Made by a program: the position numbers and the translations under genes. Positions 34,684 through 44,759 of a stretch of 64,000 nt of DNA are shown here, piece after piece. The notes under the pieces were generated by a model that worked only from the letters and a program-made list of their open reading frames with translations, did no database searches and had not been told where the DNA came from. This DNA is from Acidovorax sp. (lineage in GTDB: Bacteria; Pseudomonadota; Gammaproteobacteria; Burkholderiales; Burkholderiaceae_C): positions 13,699-77,698 of the forward strand of contig DAIQRN010000001.1 in the NCBI GenBank assembly GCA_036786185.1, in the 5' to 3' direction. Numbering within the stretch: the stretch's first letter is position 1; every line of letters begins with the position of its first letter.

Positions 34684-36132
34684 TCAGGTCGGGAAAACAA
34701 CCGTGACCCGCAACCCCCGCCCCTGCTGCCCCGTGCGCAGCGTGAGTGCCGCGTGGTGCGCGCGGGCAATTTCGTCGGCAATGGCCAGCCCCAGGCCCGT
34801 GCCCTCGCCCGCCGTGCCGGGCACGCGGTAAAAGCGCTGCGTGACGTGGGCCAGATCTGCGCTGGAGACGCCAGGGCCGTCGTCCTCCACCTCCAGATAG
34901 ACCCGTGGCGGGCCCGCGCGCCCGCCGCGCTGGCCGCAGCGGATGGTGACGATGCCGCCCGCCGGGGTGTACTTGATGGCGTTGTCCACCAGATTGGACA
35001 GCAGCTCGCGCAGCAGCCAGCCATGGCCAAAGACATGCACGGGCTGCACCTCCAGTCCCAAATCCAGCCCCTTGCCGGTGGCGGAGTCGAGAAAATTCTC
35101 CAGCAAGGTCTCGCACAGGTCCTTCAGGTCCACACGCTGCGGCGGCTGGGCGTCGAGGCTGCGCGCGTCGGCGCGCGACAGGGCCAGCAGCTGGTGCGCC
35201 AGCTGCGATGTGCGGCGCGTGGCGTTGCGCAGCTTCTCGATCTGGTCAACTCCTAAAACAATAGCGCCTTGCGCTTGTCCAGTATGCGCCAGAGGCATAT
35301 TTTTATCAGAATCCTGCAGCGGCGTGCGGGGTGCCGCCGCCTTGGCCATCAGGGCCCAGGCCTCCACCTGGGCCTGCAGGCCCGCCAGCGGGGTGCGCAG
35401 CTGGTGGGCCGCGTCGGCCACAAAGCGGCGCTGCCCTTCGGCCTGGGCATTGACCAGCGCAAACAGGTGGTTGAGCGACTGCACCAGCGGTCGCACCTCG
35501 GCCGGGGAGGCCGCCTCGTCGATGGGGCTGAGGTCGCGCGGCGAGCGGGCCTCCACCGCGTCGGCCAGGTCCACCAGCGGCTTGAAAGCGCGAACCACGG
35601 CCCAGTGAATGGCCAGCGCGGCGGCGGCCACCAGCACCAGATTGGGCAGCAGCACGCGCAGCAGCAGTTGCTGCGCCCATTGCTGGCGGGGGTCGGAGCC
35701 ATCGGCCAGCGCCACCACCAGCTCCCCGGCGCCGGTGCGCCCCCGCTGCACGGCCACGCGGTAGGTCACGCCGCCAAACTCGGTGCTGTGGAATTCCGGT
35801 GCCTGCGTGGTGGGCACGGCACCGTACACCCAGTCGTTGCCCAGCAGCAGGCGACCAGACAGGTCGCGCACGCTGTAGCCGGAGAACCCGGCGTTCTGGC
35901 GCAAGAAGTCCTCCACCGGCGGGGCCAGCAGCACCAGCGGCGGCTCGCCGTCCTGCGGCGCGGGCGCCAGCACCGAGTCGGCCAGGGCGGGCAGCAGGCG
36001 CAGCAGGCGCTGGTCGTGCTGCCCGGCCGCCTCATCGGCAGAGCGGTAGTCCAGCCACACGCCCACCAGGGCCAGCACGCACAGCGGCAGCACCAGCATC
36101 AGCAGCAGCCGGTTGCGCAGGTCGGAGGTCAT
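34684..36132 (-). CDS. Sensor histidine kinase (TctE/QseC-like)
   Basis: AAHQLRTP H-box, NLVDNAIKY, DDGPG, GTGLGL motifs. Confidence 0.92.
   Translation of the reverse strand: MTSDLRNRLLLMLVLPLCVLALVGVWLDYRSADEAAGQHDQRLLRLLPALADSVLAPAPQDGEPPLVLLAPPVEDFLRQNAGFSGYSVRDLSGRLLLGNDWVYGAVPTTQAPEFHSTEFGGVTYRVAVQRGRTGAGELVVALADGSDPRQQWAQQLLLRVLLPNLVLVAAAALAIHWAVVRAFKPLVDLADAVEARSPRDLSPIDEAASPAEVRPLVQSLNHLFALVNAQAEGQRRFVADAAHQLRTPLAGLQAQVEAWALMAKAAAPRTPLQDSDKNMPLAHTGQAQGAIVLGVDQIEKLRNATRRTSQLAHQLLALSRADARSLDAQPPQRVDLKDLCETLLENFLDSATGKGLDLGLEVQPVHVFGHGWLLRELLSNLVDNAIKYTPAGGIVTIRCGQRGGRAGPPRVYLEVEDDGPGVSSADLAHVTQRFYRVPGTAGEGTGLGLAIADEIARAHHAALTLRTGQQGRGLRVTVVFPT
35249..35312 (+). repeat. Palindromic repeat copy inserted in-frame in the kinase gene
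   Basis: AT-rich patch aligning with the 33884-33948 repeat. Confidence 0.65.
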
Positions 36133-36204
36133 GGCCCGCAGGCCGGGCCGCTGAAACGAAAAGGGCCGGAACTGCATCGCGGGCGCGCAGGGGAAGCCGG
36201 GGAA

Positions 36205-36897
36205 TCAGACGGGCTGGAGTTCCAGCCGGTAGCCAAAGCCGCGAATGGAGCGCAGCGCCACGCCGTGCGGCTCCAGCTTGCCGCGCAGGCGGGAGACATA
36301 GACCTCCACCGCGTTGGGCGTGATCTCCTTGTCCCAACCGGTAAGCGCCTGCAGCAGCTTGTCCTTGCTGGCGGGTTTGGGGGCGTGGATGAGCAGGTAT
36401 TCCAGCACCGTCCACTCGCGCGGGCCCAGTTCGATGGCCTGCTCTCCCCCGTCCGTGCGCACGCTGGCGCGGCGCCCGGCGGTATCAAGCTCCAGCGGGC
36501 CAAAGCTCAGCACCGCCGTGGTGGCCGCCTGCGATCGGCGCAGCAGCGCGCGCAGCCGGGCCAGCAGCTCGGGTAACTCGAAGGGCTTGACCATGTAGTC
36601 GTCGGCGCCCAGGTCCAGCCCCTGCACCCGGTCCTGCAGGGCATCGCGCGCCGTGAGAATGAGTACAGGCATGGAGGGGCTGGCCATGTCGGGGCGGCGC
36701 AGGCGGCGCGTGAGCTCCAGGCCGTCCATGGCCGGCAGGCCGATGTCGATGATCGCCGCGTCGAAGGATTCGGCGCGCAGCACCTCCTCGGCACGCTCGC
36801 CGCTGCCCACCCAGTCCACGGCGTAGCCCGCGTCGGTCAGGCCCAGTTTGATGCCGCTGGCCACCATGACGTCATCCTCGACCAAAAGCAGCCGCAT
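36205..36897 (-). CDS. OmpR-family response regulator (TctD/QseB-like)
   Basis: MRLLLVEDD receiver domain, 'GADDY', C-terminal 'IRGFGY'. Confidence 0.93.
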   Translation of the reverse strand: MRLLLVEDDVMVASGIKLGLTDAGYAVDWVGSGERAEEVLRAESFDAAIIDIGLPAMDGLELTRRLRRPDMASPSMPVLILTARDALQDRVQGLDLGADDYMVKPFELPELLARLRALLRRSQAATTAVLSFGPLELDTAGRRASVRTDGGEQAIELGPREWTVLEYLLIHAPKPASKDKLLQALTGWDKEITPNAVEVYVSRLRGKLEPHGVALRSIRGFGYRLELQPV

Positions 36898-37066
36898 AAA
36901 TTACCCGCGGTATTCCGTCAGAAACCGCCCCGCATCACGGGGCGTGCATTGGGCGCGGCCCAGACCAGCGGCCGCCCCGCCGCGCTGGCGCTGCCCCCCT
37001 TCCCGCATCGCGCAGCGAGGCGAGAGAAGGGGGAAGGCGCGCAGCGCCATGGGGGGTTGCTCCATG

Positions 37067-37957
37067 CTAGTGGCTACGGATCATCGTGCCGTAGGCCTGG
37101 TCGGTCAGGATTTCCAGCAGCATGGCGTGCGGCACGCGGCCATCCACCACATGCACCGCGTTCACCCCGGCCTTGGCGGCGTCGATGGCGCCGGCCAGCT
37201 TGGGCAGCATGCCGCCGGAGATGGTGCCGTCGGCAATCAGCGCGTCGATCTGCTGCGGTGTCAGCTCCGGCAGCAGCTGGCCAGCCTTGTCCAGTACACC
37301 AGGGATGTTGGTCAGCATCACCAGCTTCTCGGCCTGCAGCACCGTTGCCAGCCGGCTGGCAACCACGTCGGCGTTGATGTTGTAGCTCTCGTTGTTCTCG
37401 CCAAAGCCGATCGGGCTGATGACCGGAATGAAGGCATCGTCCTGCAGCGCCTTGACCACGCTGGGGTCAATGGCCACGATGTCGCCCACCTGGCCCACGT
37501 CGTGCTCGATGCTCGGATCCTTGTGGTCCAGCATCTTCAGCTTCCTGGCGCGTATCAGCCCGCCGTCGCGCCCCGTCAGGCCCACGGCCTTGCCGCCGGC
37601 ATGGTGTATCAGGCCCACGATGTCCTGCTGCACCTCGCCGGCCAGCACCCATTCGACCACCTCCATGGTCTCGGCATCGGTCACGCGCATGCCCTGGATG
37701 AACTGGCCCTTCTTGCCCAGCCGGTTCAGCGCCTGCTCGATCTGCGGACCGCCGCCGTGCACCACGACGGGGTTCATGCCCACCAGCTTGAGCAGCACCA
37801 CGTCTTCCGCAAAATCGGCTTGCAGCGCTGGGTCGGTCATGGCGTTGCCGCCGTATTTGATGACCATGGTCTTGCCATGGAACTTGCGGATGTAAGGCAG
37901 CGCCTGGGCCAGGATTTCAGCCTTGTCGCGTGGGGCAATTGAAAGAAGGTCGGTCAT
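37067..37957 (-). CDS. argB: Acetylglutamate kinase
   Basis: 'VIKYGGNAM', '[10 protein letters not shown]', 'NINAD', 'GGMLPK'. Confidence 0.96.
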   Translation of the reverse strand: MTDLLSIAPRDKAEILAQALPYIRKFHGKTMVIKYGGNAMTDPALQADFAEDVVLLKLVGMNPVVVHGGGPQIEQALNRLGKKGQFIQGMRVTDAETMEVVEWVLAGEVQQDIVGLIHHAGGKAVGLTGRDGGLIRARKLKMLDHKDPSIEHDVGQVGDIVAIDPSVVKALQDDAFIPVISPIGFGENNESYNINADVVASRLATVLQAEKLVMLTNIPGVLDKAGQLLPELTPQQIDALIADGTISGGMLPKLAGAIDAAKAGVNAVHVVDGRVPHAMLLEILTDQAYGTMIRSH

Positions 37958-38113
37958 GGGGGGCAGGCCATCCGGTGAAAACTGTGAGGGTCCAAATTGT
38001 GCCGCATCCATACGGGTTTGCCTTCGATCGGATAACTAGGCCGGAAGCCGAAAACAGTGCTGTAGCACGGCAAGGCGAACCAACGACGTTATACGGTTGA
38101 AGGCAAATCCGTA

Positions 38114-39217
38114 TCAGTGCTGCAGCCAGCGGGGCACCTTGAAGCGCACGATGGTCAGATAGGCCATCACGTAGCTGATCACGAACAGCGCGCAGAACGC
38201 CATCAGGAGCGGCGTATTGCTCCAGAACAGCACGGCCGGCGCCACCGTCAGCAGGGTAAAGCCCCACAGATAGGGCGACGTGCGGTTGTTGCGCATGAGC
38301 ATGCGACGGGATTCGTCGTCGTGGAACACTCCGCGCACGATGCGCCGGTAAATGAGCTGGTGGAAATGCAGCGCATCGGCCACGCCGGGCGACACCCCGC
38401 GCACCGTTTTGCGATAAATCGAAAAAATAGTCTCCCAAACGGGATAGATCAACAGCAGCATGGGAAACCAGGGCGAAACATCGGCGTTGCGCTGCACCAA
38501 GGAAAGGCTGGCCAAGGCGATGACCACGCCCCACACATAGGCCCCGCCATCCCCGGCAAACAGCATGCCTCGCGGATAATTCCAAACCAGAAATCCCCCG
38601 GTCGCGGCGGCCGTACACACCAGCAGCGCCGCCAGGGCACGGTCCCCCACCTGCAGGGCCACATGGGCCAATGCCAGGCAGACGATCAGGGCCACCATGC
38701 CCGCCAGGCCGTTGTAGCCGTCGATGATGTTGAAGGCGTGGGGCAGGCCGGTGATGGCCAGCACCACAATGACAACCCCCAGCCAGGGAGTCGCCGCCAG
38801 AATGGAATCGAACCAGAGCCAGCCCACGCGGGGCAGCGTCAAGTCCAGCAGGACAACCGCCAAAACCCCCGATGCACCCGTCAGAATCAAGCGGTACCGG
38901 ACAGAAAGGCGCTGAGTCAAATCTTCGGCAATGCCACCAAGAACGGCCGGCAAAAGCACAAGCATCCAACCCCCAACCCAGGCGCCCAACCTCAGCGACC
39001 CAGGGTCACCCCACTGAAGAGACTGTAGAACTCCCAGCCCCCAACTACAACCAATACCGATGATGAGAGCAGCTCCGCCCAAGCGGGGCACATCACCCCA
39101 ATGGAAACGCTGCGGCATTCCATCGCCATACGCAGAAGCGTGACTGCGCATCCATCGCACAATGAAGCCTGCAGCCAGCGCTGCGACGATGAATGCCACC
39201 ACAGATAACCAGATCAT
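38114..39217 (-). CDS. MraY/WecA-like polyprenyl-phosphate sugar-phosphate transferase
   Basis: Multi-TM; 'AFNIIDGYNGL', 'FAGDGG', 'DALHFH'. Confidence 0.88.
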   Translation of the reverse strand: MIWLSVVAFIVAALAAGFIVRWMRSHASAYGDGMPQRFHWGDVPRLGGAALIIGIGCSWGLGVLQSLQWGDPGSLRLGAWVGGWMLVLLPAVLGGIAEDLTQRLSVRYRLILTGASGVLAVVLLDLTLPRVGWLWFDSILAATPWLGVVIVVLAITGLPHAFNIIDGYNGLAGMVALIVCLALAHVALQVGDRALAALLVCTAAATGGFLVWNYPRGMLFAGDGGAYVWGVVIALASLSLVQRNADVSPWFPMLLLIYPVWETIFSIYRKTVRGVSPGVADALHFHQLIYRRIVRGVFHDDESRRMLMRNNRTSPYLWGFTLLTVAPAVLFWSNTPLLMAFCALFVISYVMAYLTIVRFKVPRWLQH

Positions 39218-39404
39218 GAGCGGTCGATCGTACCCGGACTCGACCCACACACCAGCAACAAAGCGCTAGCCAAGCCGCTGCATAGCAATCGATTGACACC
39301 TATTGAGTGAAATATTACCGACATAGGCGAACAACGTTACAGGCAAACCTTCAGAAGCGAGCTCAAGCGCCTCAAGCAAGCATTCATGCGCACAGAATCT
39401 GCAT

Positions 39405-40097
39405 TTAGTGAAGCAACGCACGGTATAAGCGCATGACTTTCGCAACGTATTGCTGTGTTTCTGGATAGGGGGGTATCTTACGTCCATACTTCATTACGGC
39501 ACCTTCGCCCGCGTTATAGGCCGCTAAAGCCAACTCCTTGTCGCCATCAAACATGCGCAGCAGATCTGCCAGATAACGGGTCCCGATTTGTGCATTCACT
39601 TTGGGATCCATGATTGCCTGGGCACCGTTTTCCATAGGATGCGCGTAGCGCGTTGCAGTTGCAGGCATCACCTGCATCAACCCCAAAGCCCCTTTGCGTG
39701 AAATAGCGCCCGCATTGAATGCTGACTCTGCGGCCGCCACTGCAATCACCAACGCCGGCTCCAATGATTGCGACAGTGCTGCGGCCTCGAGATGAGGCTT
39801 GGCCGCGCCATATCCGGGAAACAGCAGGGCTGATGTGGCACCCTCATTTTTACCCCTACCCGTTTTGGCCGACGGAGTGCGTCTGAGCCAAATGAAGTCC
39901 CGCGAAGCGGGTGGCGCGCCATTGCCCATGTGCACCACACCGTCACCATCCACGAATTCCCAGATATTGTCAGCCCATGCGACAGACAGCATGGCGCACC
40001 ACAACACAACAAACTGTGCAGCGTAGCGCAGAAGGCTCGCCAGATTCGACGACCAACCCACTCCCACGTTTGCCCAACCCTGTGCACGCATCATCAT
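39405..40097 (-). CDS. Lytic transglycosylase (SLT domain)
   Basis: 'ESAFN..A.S.KGALGLMQVMP', 'ALAAYNAG', 'ETQQYV'. Confidence 0.9.
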   Translation of the reverse strand: MMMRAQGWANVGVGWSSNLASLLRYAAQFVVLWCAMLSVAWADNIWEFVDGDGVVHMGNGAPPASRDFIWLRRTPSAKTGRGKNEGATSALLFPGYGAAKPHLEAAALSQSLEPALVIAVAAAESAFNAGAISRKGALGLMQVMPATATRYAHPMENGAQAIMDPKVNAQIGTRYLADLLRMFDGDKELALAAYNAGEGAVMKYGRKIPPYPETQQYVAKVMRLYRALLH

Positions 40098-40103
40098 CCT
40101 CGC

Positions 40104-40757
40104 TTACCTTGCTCCGCGCCACACCCGCATCAAGACGGACCAGCCCCACCGGAACCCGCGCGCGGGCGCTTCTGGCTGAGGCCGGACATCTCCATATCGT
40201 GCACGAATCAGCCTCGCAGGCACCCCTGCCGCCACCATCCCTGCAGGCACATCCTGCCGGATCAACGCCCCAGCAGCCACCACTGCACCACGACCAACAG
40301 TCACCCCCTCCAGCACAATGGCCCCAGCACCTATCCAGGCCCCATCCTCAACCGTGATTTTTGCGCGCGTAATGCGGTTGCGTGCAATGATCACATCTCC
40401 TTCATCAATAGCATGCCCTGCAGACAAGAGTTTTGCATGGGGCCCGATCAGCACATCCTCCCCAATATCCAGCCCGCCCTCGCCAGAGAGATAGGAGCCC
40501 ACATTCACGATCGTTCGCGCGCCAATGCGTATACCCACACAAGGCTCGGCAGCCACATCGCCCAGTACCAGACGCGTATGTGCATAGAGGCTGACGTGGT
40601 CCGCAAGGCACAACACCTCGGCCCGTTGCCCAAATCGCATCACAGACACGGTAGGATCTATTCGGCATTCAGTACCGAGAACGTCAATCCCGGTGTGCGA
40701 GAGAGTAAAGTCGGGAATTCCTAACAACATATTGCGCGTCATCCCCAGATCAGGCAC
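40104..40757 (-). CDS. Hexapeptide-repeat O-acetyl/acyltransferase
   Basis: 'IGEDVLIGP', 'WIGAGAIVLEGVTVGRGAVVAAGA', 'GVPAR'. Confidence 0.88.
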   Translation of the reverse strand: MPDLGMTRNMLLGIPDFTLSHTGIDVLGTECRIDPTVSVMRFGQRAEVLCLADHVSLYAHTRLVLGDVAAEPCVGIRIGARTIVNVGSYLSGEGGLDIGEDVLIGPHAKLLSAGHAIDEGDVIIARNRITRAKITVEDGAWIGAGAIVLEGVTVGRGAVVAAGALIRQDVPAGMVAAGVPARLIRARYGDVRPQPEAPARGFRWGWSVLMRVWRGAR

Positions 40758-41763
40758 GACCCCGAAGCCAGCGCCAGCAAAGGGACCACCACCCCCCAGA
40801 GGACTTAGACGTTGCAGTTCTGGCTACCGACCCCGCCTCAGTCGCATTCCTCCCAGCGCGCACCCCCCCCATCTCTGTACGGACACTGCCCATTTCTGCG
40901 CGTAACTCCTTAGCCTCACCTTCCAGTCTGCGAATGATCTCCTTGGCCTCTGAAAATGCTTTCTGGTGCTCCAGCAGTGACGCACGCTCACGCTCATGCA
41001 CAATCGTCAGAGCCTGTAAATCATCACGCAGCCTGTCGGCTGCATGGCGCGCTTCCGTCAACTCCCAAGCAGGTGCATCCACCGATGGTGTCACCACCAC
41101 CATCCACTGATACACATCAAAATCCTGCCACCCCGAGAGCAATGCTTGGCGCTGCTCTCCGGACAGTGCACTCCAGTGCCAAGAAAATTCGCTGCACTCG
41201 ACAGGTACGCGATTGGCCTCCCATACCCTCGGCGTCCATCCAGAGTCCAGCAGCACTTTTTCCAAACTGCGCTTGGTAAAAAATCGAACATGAGTCCTGT
41301 CCAGTTGCCCGCGCTCCGAGTAGTCAAAAATGCCATTGCGCATTGCAGCCACCACTCCGGCGTAGGCAATATTGGGTACGGATATCACCAGGCGTCCCAT
41401 GGGTGCGACAAAAGCTCCTAGCTGCTGCAGCACGCTCTCGGGATTCCTGAGATGCTCAAGCACATCACAGGCCAGCACAACATCGAACCGCCTACCGACA
41501 ATCTCTTCCAGCCAATCCGGAGCATCCAAGTCTCCCGTAATAACCTCCACCCCCAAGATTTTCAGCACCTCAATAGCCTCAGGGTCGTTTTCCACAACCG
41601 TAACGCGATGACCCCGTGCCAATAGTGTCCGGGTCATTGCACCAGGGCCTGGGCCCAACTCCAGCACTGTCCCCTCCCCAACGGGCACCCGGCGCAGCAG
41701 CCGCGCAGCCCATTCGCCGCCATCAGGCTCAAAGGCGTAGTCGTAGCGCTCAATGCTGGTCAT
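40750..41763 (-). CDS. SAM-dependent methyltransferase with C-terminal coiled coil
   Basis: 'VLELGPGPG', 'DVLEHL', 'VISVPN', 'THVRFFT'; heptad-rich tail. Confidence 0.88.
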   Translation of the reverse strand: MTSIERYDYAFEPDGGEWAARLLRRVPVGEGTVLELGPGPGAMTRTLLARGHRVTVVENDPEAIEVLKILGVEVITGDLDAPDWLEEIVGRRFDVVLACDVLEHLRNPESVLQQLGAFVAPMGRLVISVPNIAYAGVVAAMRNGIFDYSERGQLDRTHVRFFTKRSLEKVLLDSGWTPRVWEANRVPVECSEFSWHWSALSGEQRQALLSGWQDFDVYQWMVVVTPSVDAPAWELTEARHAADRLRDDLQALTIVHERERASLLEHQKAFSEAKEIIRRLEGEAKELRAEMGSVRTEMGGVRAGRNATEAGSVARTATSKSSGGWWSLCWRWLRGRA

Positions 41764-42652
41764 GGATTTTCCTTGCCTCAGTTGTCGGCTCCCACATCCG
41801 ATCCCACAAACCCCACTGCCACCAAGCCCAGGGATGAGCTAGAACATCCCGCTCCAGCCCTTGGACAACCATGTCAATCGCCTGGCGGGGATTCTCTGGC
41901 AAAGGATCAATCACCACATCCAGAGACCCGGGGCTGCGCGAATAGGTTACTCCATGCAGCAGTCTGGCGCCCGTGGACAGGGCAAGCCGCTCAATGCCTG
42001 TGGGCAAATTAAGTCTCCCGCCCAAAAAGGGATTGCTCCGCATGCGCCCAAACTCCGGCCGCCAAGCATCCGCCAAAATGATCCAGCCTTGTCCAGCCCG
42101 CAGGCTTTCGTGAACATCGCGCAAACCGTCGCTGGTGGTATGCCACACTCCACCCGTCACAGCTGTATAGCCGTGAATCTTGCGCAGCAAAAAGCGACGC
42201 TGCGCAGCCTCAAGCTCCGGGTTATCGAGCACGGGCATGGTCAGAACGTGGGTGGATATTCCTTCTCGTGCCAGTGCCACCGGAGCCGCCAGAAGTCGAT
42301 CATAGTGGTTCAGTACCAGAATGAATCCTTTGCCCTGACGGACCAAATCACGAGCATATTCCACCCCCTTCAACTCAATGGCAGGCCCCCCATAGCGCCC
42401 CAAGCGGCTGAACGCCATGGCATCCACCATTTCCTGGGCCAGCATGGCCAGATGAGCCCTTGCCCACCGAGCATGCTCAATCGCCAAAGCATCCGGAAAC
42501 ACCCGAGCAAACAACCCCTCCAACCAACGTAAAAGAAGCGCGCGCTCAGCCGCAGATTCACGGCCTAGATATCCTGCCATATACCACGGCAGCTTTGACG
42601 GCACCCTGGCAAGAAGAGGAAATAAAAGATCAAAAGACCAGGCCCGCGTCAT
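41750..42652 (-). CDS. Lipid A/lysophospholipid acyltransferase-like protein
   Basis: 'GKGFILVLNH', 'IILAD', 'PTG..RLA..TGA', 'HPWAWWQW'. Confidence 0.7.
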   Translation of the reverse strand: MTRAWSFDLLFPLLARVPSKLPWYMAGYLGRESAAERALLLRWLEGLFARVFPDALAIEHARWARAHLAMLAQEMVDAMAFSRLGRYGGPAIELKGVEYARDLVRQGKGFILVLNHYDRLLAAPVALAREGISTHVLTMPVLDNPELEAAQRRFLLRKIHGYTAVTGGVWHTTSDGLRDVHESLRAGQGWIILADAWRPEFGRMRSNPFLGGRLNLPTGIERLALSTGARLLHGVTYSRSPGSLDVVIDPLPENPRQAIDMVVQGLERDVLAHPWAWWQWGLWDRMWEPTTEARKIHDQH

Positions 42653-43872
42653 TCCACCAGCACCCACTCGTGCTCAAGCCACGCCACGCCAAATTCCCGG
42701 TGTTTCTGATTGAGAATCGTAAAAGGCTGGATCAATTCAGCCATATCCAGAACCTGTATGCCCGAATCATCCAAAACATACACACTCCATAGATATTCTC
42801 CCGACAGCAATGGCAACGCGGGGAATCGAACCCGAATACGGTGTGTGCCTGCACCTTGCAACGGTGCGCCATCCGCACGAAATTGTGTGCTTGAACCAAA
42901 CACGTTGTCTTTGTCAGGCCGGACAATCGCAAATAGCACATGGAATGGAGCCACGGCGTAAGACTCGATAACGATCTCTACCGACAAATCCTGAAAGGAA
43001 TCAACCTGAGCAGGATTGACACCATCTCCGGTTTCAATAGTAAGTCCGCCAATTTTCACCACAGGCACACCGGAAGAAGCCGGAATCGAAGGAGCCGCAT
43101 CCTCCACTTTATTGGCCAAGTCATTCGACTCCACCCGCAGGTGCGCGTACCGCCGCCGCTCATAAGCCTCGTAGGCCGTAGCCACATCTTCCGTCGGCCC
43201 AATCGCTTCGATGCGCCCCTCGTGAACCCAGGCTGCTCGCTGGCACAGACTCCGCACTTGGTACAAATTGTGCGAACAAAACAGCACCGTCGCCCCCCGT
43301 CCCCGCAATTCCAAAATACGGTTCAGGCTTTTCTTCTGGAAATGCAAGTCTCCGACAGACAGCGCTTCGTCAACAATCAACACTTCAGGGTCAATAGCCG
43401 TCGCCGCCGCAAATGCCAGGCGCATGAACATCCCCGAGGAATAGGTCTTCACGGGCCGCTGCAACGTTTCCTCAGACAGTTCAGAGAACGCCACCGCCCG
43501 TGCCGCAAATTTACTCAGCGCCGCCCCTTCCAAGCCATGCAGCGCCGCCATGAAACGGATATTGTCGTACCCTGACTCCTCAGGATGAAATCCCGCCCCA
43601 AGCTCCAGGAGCGCCGCTACCCGCCCCTGGCGCAAAACCACTCCTTCCGTGGGGCGGATTGTCCCCGCTGCAATCTTCAGCAAAGTGCTTTTGCCTGCTC
43701 CATTTTCACCAATCAGGCCAAAAGTCTCGCCCGACTGAACCTCGAAGTTGATACCCGCCAACGCTACATGTACACGGTGGCGCTGGTGATTGGTCATCCA
43801 CTCCCACAATCTGTCCTGAGGGCGCGAATACACTGCGTATCGCTTGCCTATATCTTTGAACGTGATTGCCAT
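42649..43872 (-). CDS. wzt: Polysaccharide ABC exporter ATPase with Wzt C-terminal domain
   Basis: GENGAGKS, YSSGM, DEALSVGD; extra ~150-aa C-terminal domain. Confidence 0.92.
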   Translation of the reverse strand: MAITFKDIGKRYAVYSRPQDRLWEWMTNHQRHRVHVALAGINFEVQSGETFGLIGENGAGKSTLLKIAAGTIRPTEGVVLRQGRVAALLELGAGFHPEESGYDNIRFMAALHGLEGAALSKFAARAVAFSELSEETLQRPVKTYSSGMFMRLAFAAATAIDPEVLIVDEALSVGDLHFQKKSLNRILELRGRGATVLFCSHNLYQVRSLCQRAAWVHEGRIEAIGPTEDVATAYEAYERRRYAHLRVESNDLANKVEDAAPSIPASSGVPVVKIGGLTIETGDGVNPAQVDSFQDLSVEIVIESYAVAPFHVLFAIVRPDKDNVFGSSTQFRADGAPLQGAGTHRIRVRFPALPLLSGEYLWSVYVLDDSGIQVLDMAELIQPFTILNQKHREFGVAWLEHEWVLVE

Positions 43873-44693
43873 TACAGTGCCTCGCCCAGCGCCGCCTTCA
43901 TCGAGCGAAAAAACCACCACCCCCCTCCTGCGAGCAAGAGCACCCAACCAAGCAAGGCCCAAAGCGTTCCTCCAGGCATCGCCATGCCCAACGTCGCCCA
44001 TTGCACCGCCAGCACCAGACAAGCCACGGGGTTGAGCAAATACCATGCGTGGAACCGCTCAGGAACCTGCGCGAGCGGGTAAACCACCGGCGTCAGATAG
44101 AACCACAACTGCAACGAGAAGGCCACGACCGACCCCACATCACGCCACAAAAAATGCGCCATGCTCAGCATCAGGGTCAATCCAAAGGTCAGCATGACCT
44201 GCGCCAGCATCAGCCAAGGTAGCCAGGCCCAGGTGGAACGCAGCGACACCCCCTGCCCCAAACTAAGCAACATTAGCATCGCGTAACCGATCGCCATCAC
44301 CAGCATGCTGCCGCCCACCGCCACTGCCGGCAAGATTTCTGCTGGCATGGGCTGCTTGCGCAGGAAATCCTCGTGTGAAGCCAGGCACCCCACACCACGA
44401 CCTATGGCATCGGTGAATGGCAGCCACACCGCCAAGCCGGCCAACAAATGCAACAGGTAGCCGTTAGCCAGATCCAGCCCCGGCACACGCACAGCCAACA
44501 CCAGGCCAAACAGCACATAAAAAATTGCCAGTGTCGCCAATGGCTGCACAAAAGCCCACGCCAAGCCCAGAACAGAGCCAGCATAGCGCGTTTTGAACTC
44601 GCGAAGCATCCAATAACGCCACAAAATCCAGGCACGCTGTGCACGCCCCGACGGTACGTTCCCCTCCCCCGTCCGATCACCGCTCACAACCAT
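43872..44693 (-). CDS. wzm: Polysaccharide ABC exporter permease
   Basis: 'KTRYAGSVLGLAWAFVQP', 'RDV', 'FYLTPVVYP', 'LNP'. Confidence 0.92.
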   Translation of the reverse strand: MVVSGDRTGEGNVPSGRAQRAWILWRYWMLREFKTRYAGSVLGLAWAFVQPLATLAIFYVLFGLVLAVRVPGLDLANGYLLHLLAGLAVWLPFTDAIGRGVGCLASHEDFLRKQPMPAEILPAVAVGGSMLVMAIGYAMLMLLSLGQGVSLRSTWAWLPWLMLAQVMLTFGLTLMLSMAHFLWRDVGSVVAFSLQLWFYLTPVVYPLAQVPERFHAWYLLNPVACLVLAVQWATLGMAMPGGTLWALLGWVLLLAGGGWWFFRSMKAALGEAL

Positions 44694-44759
44694 GGATATC
44701 CCTTCATTTCTCGGAATGCTACGGCGCCGCAAAGCCCCAGTCGGGTCTTCGCCCCGGAA

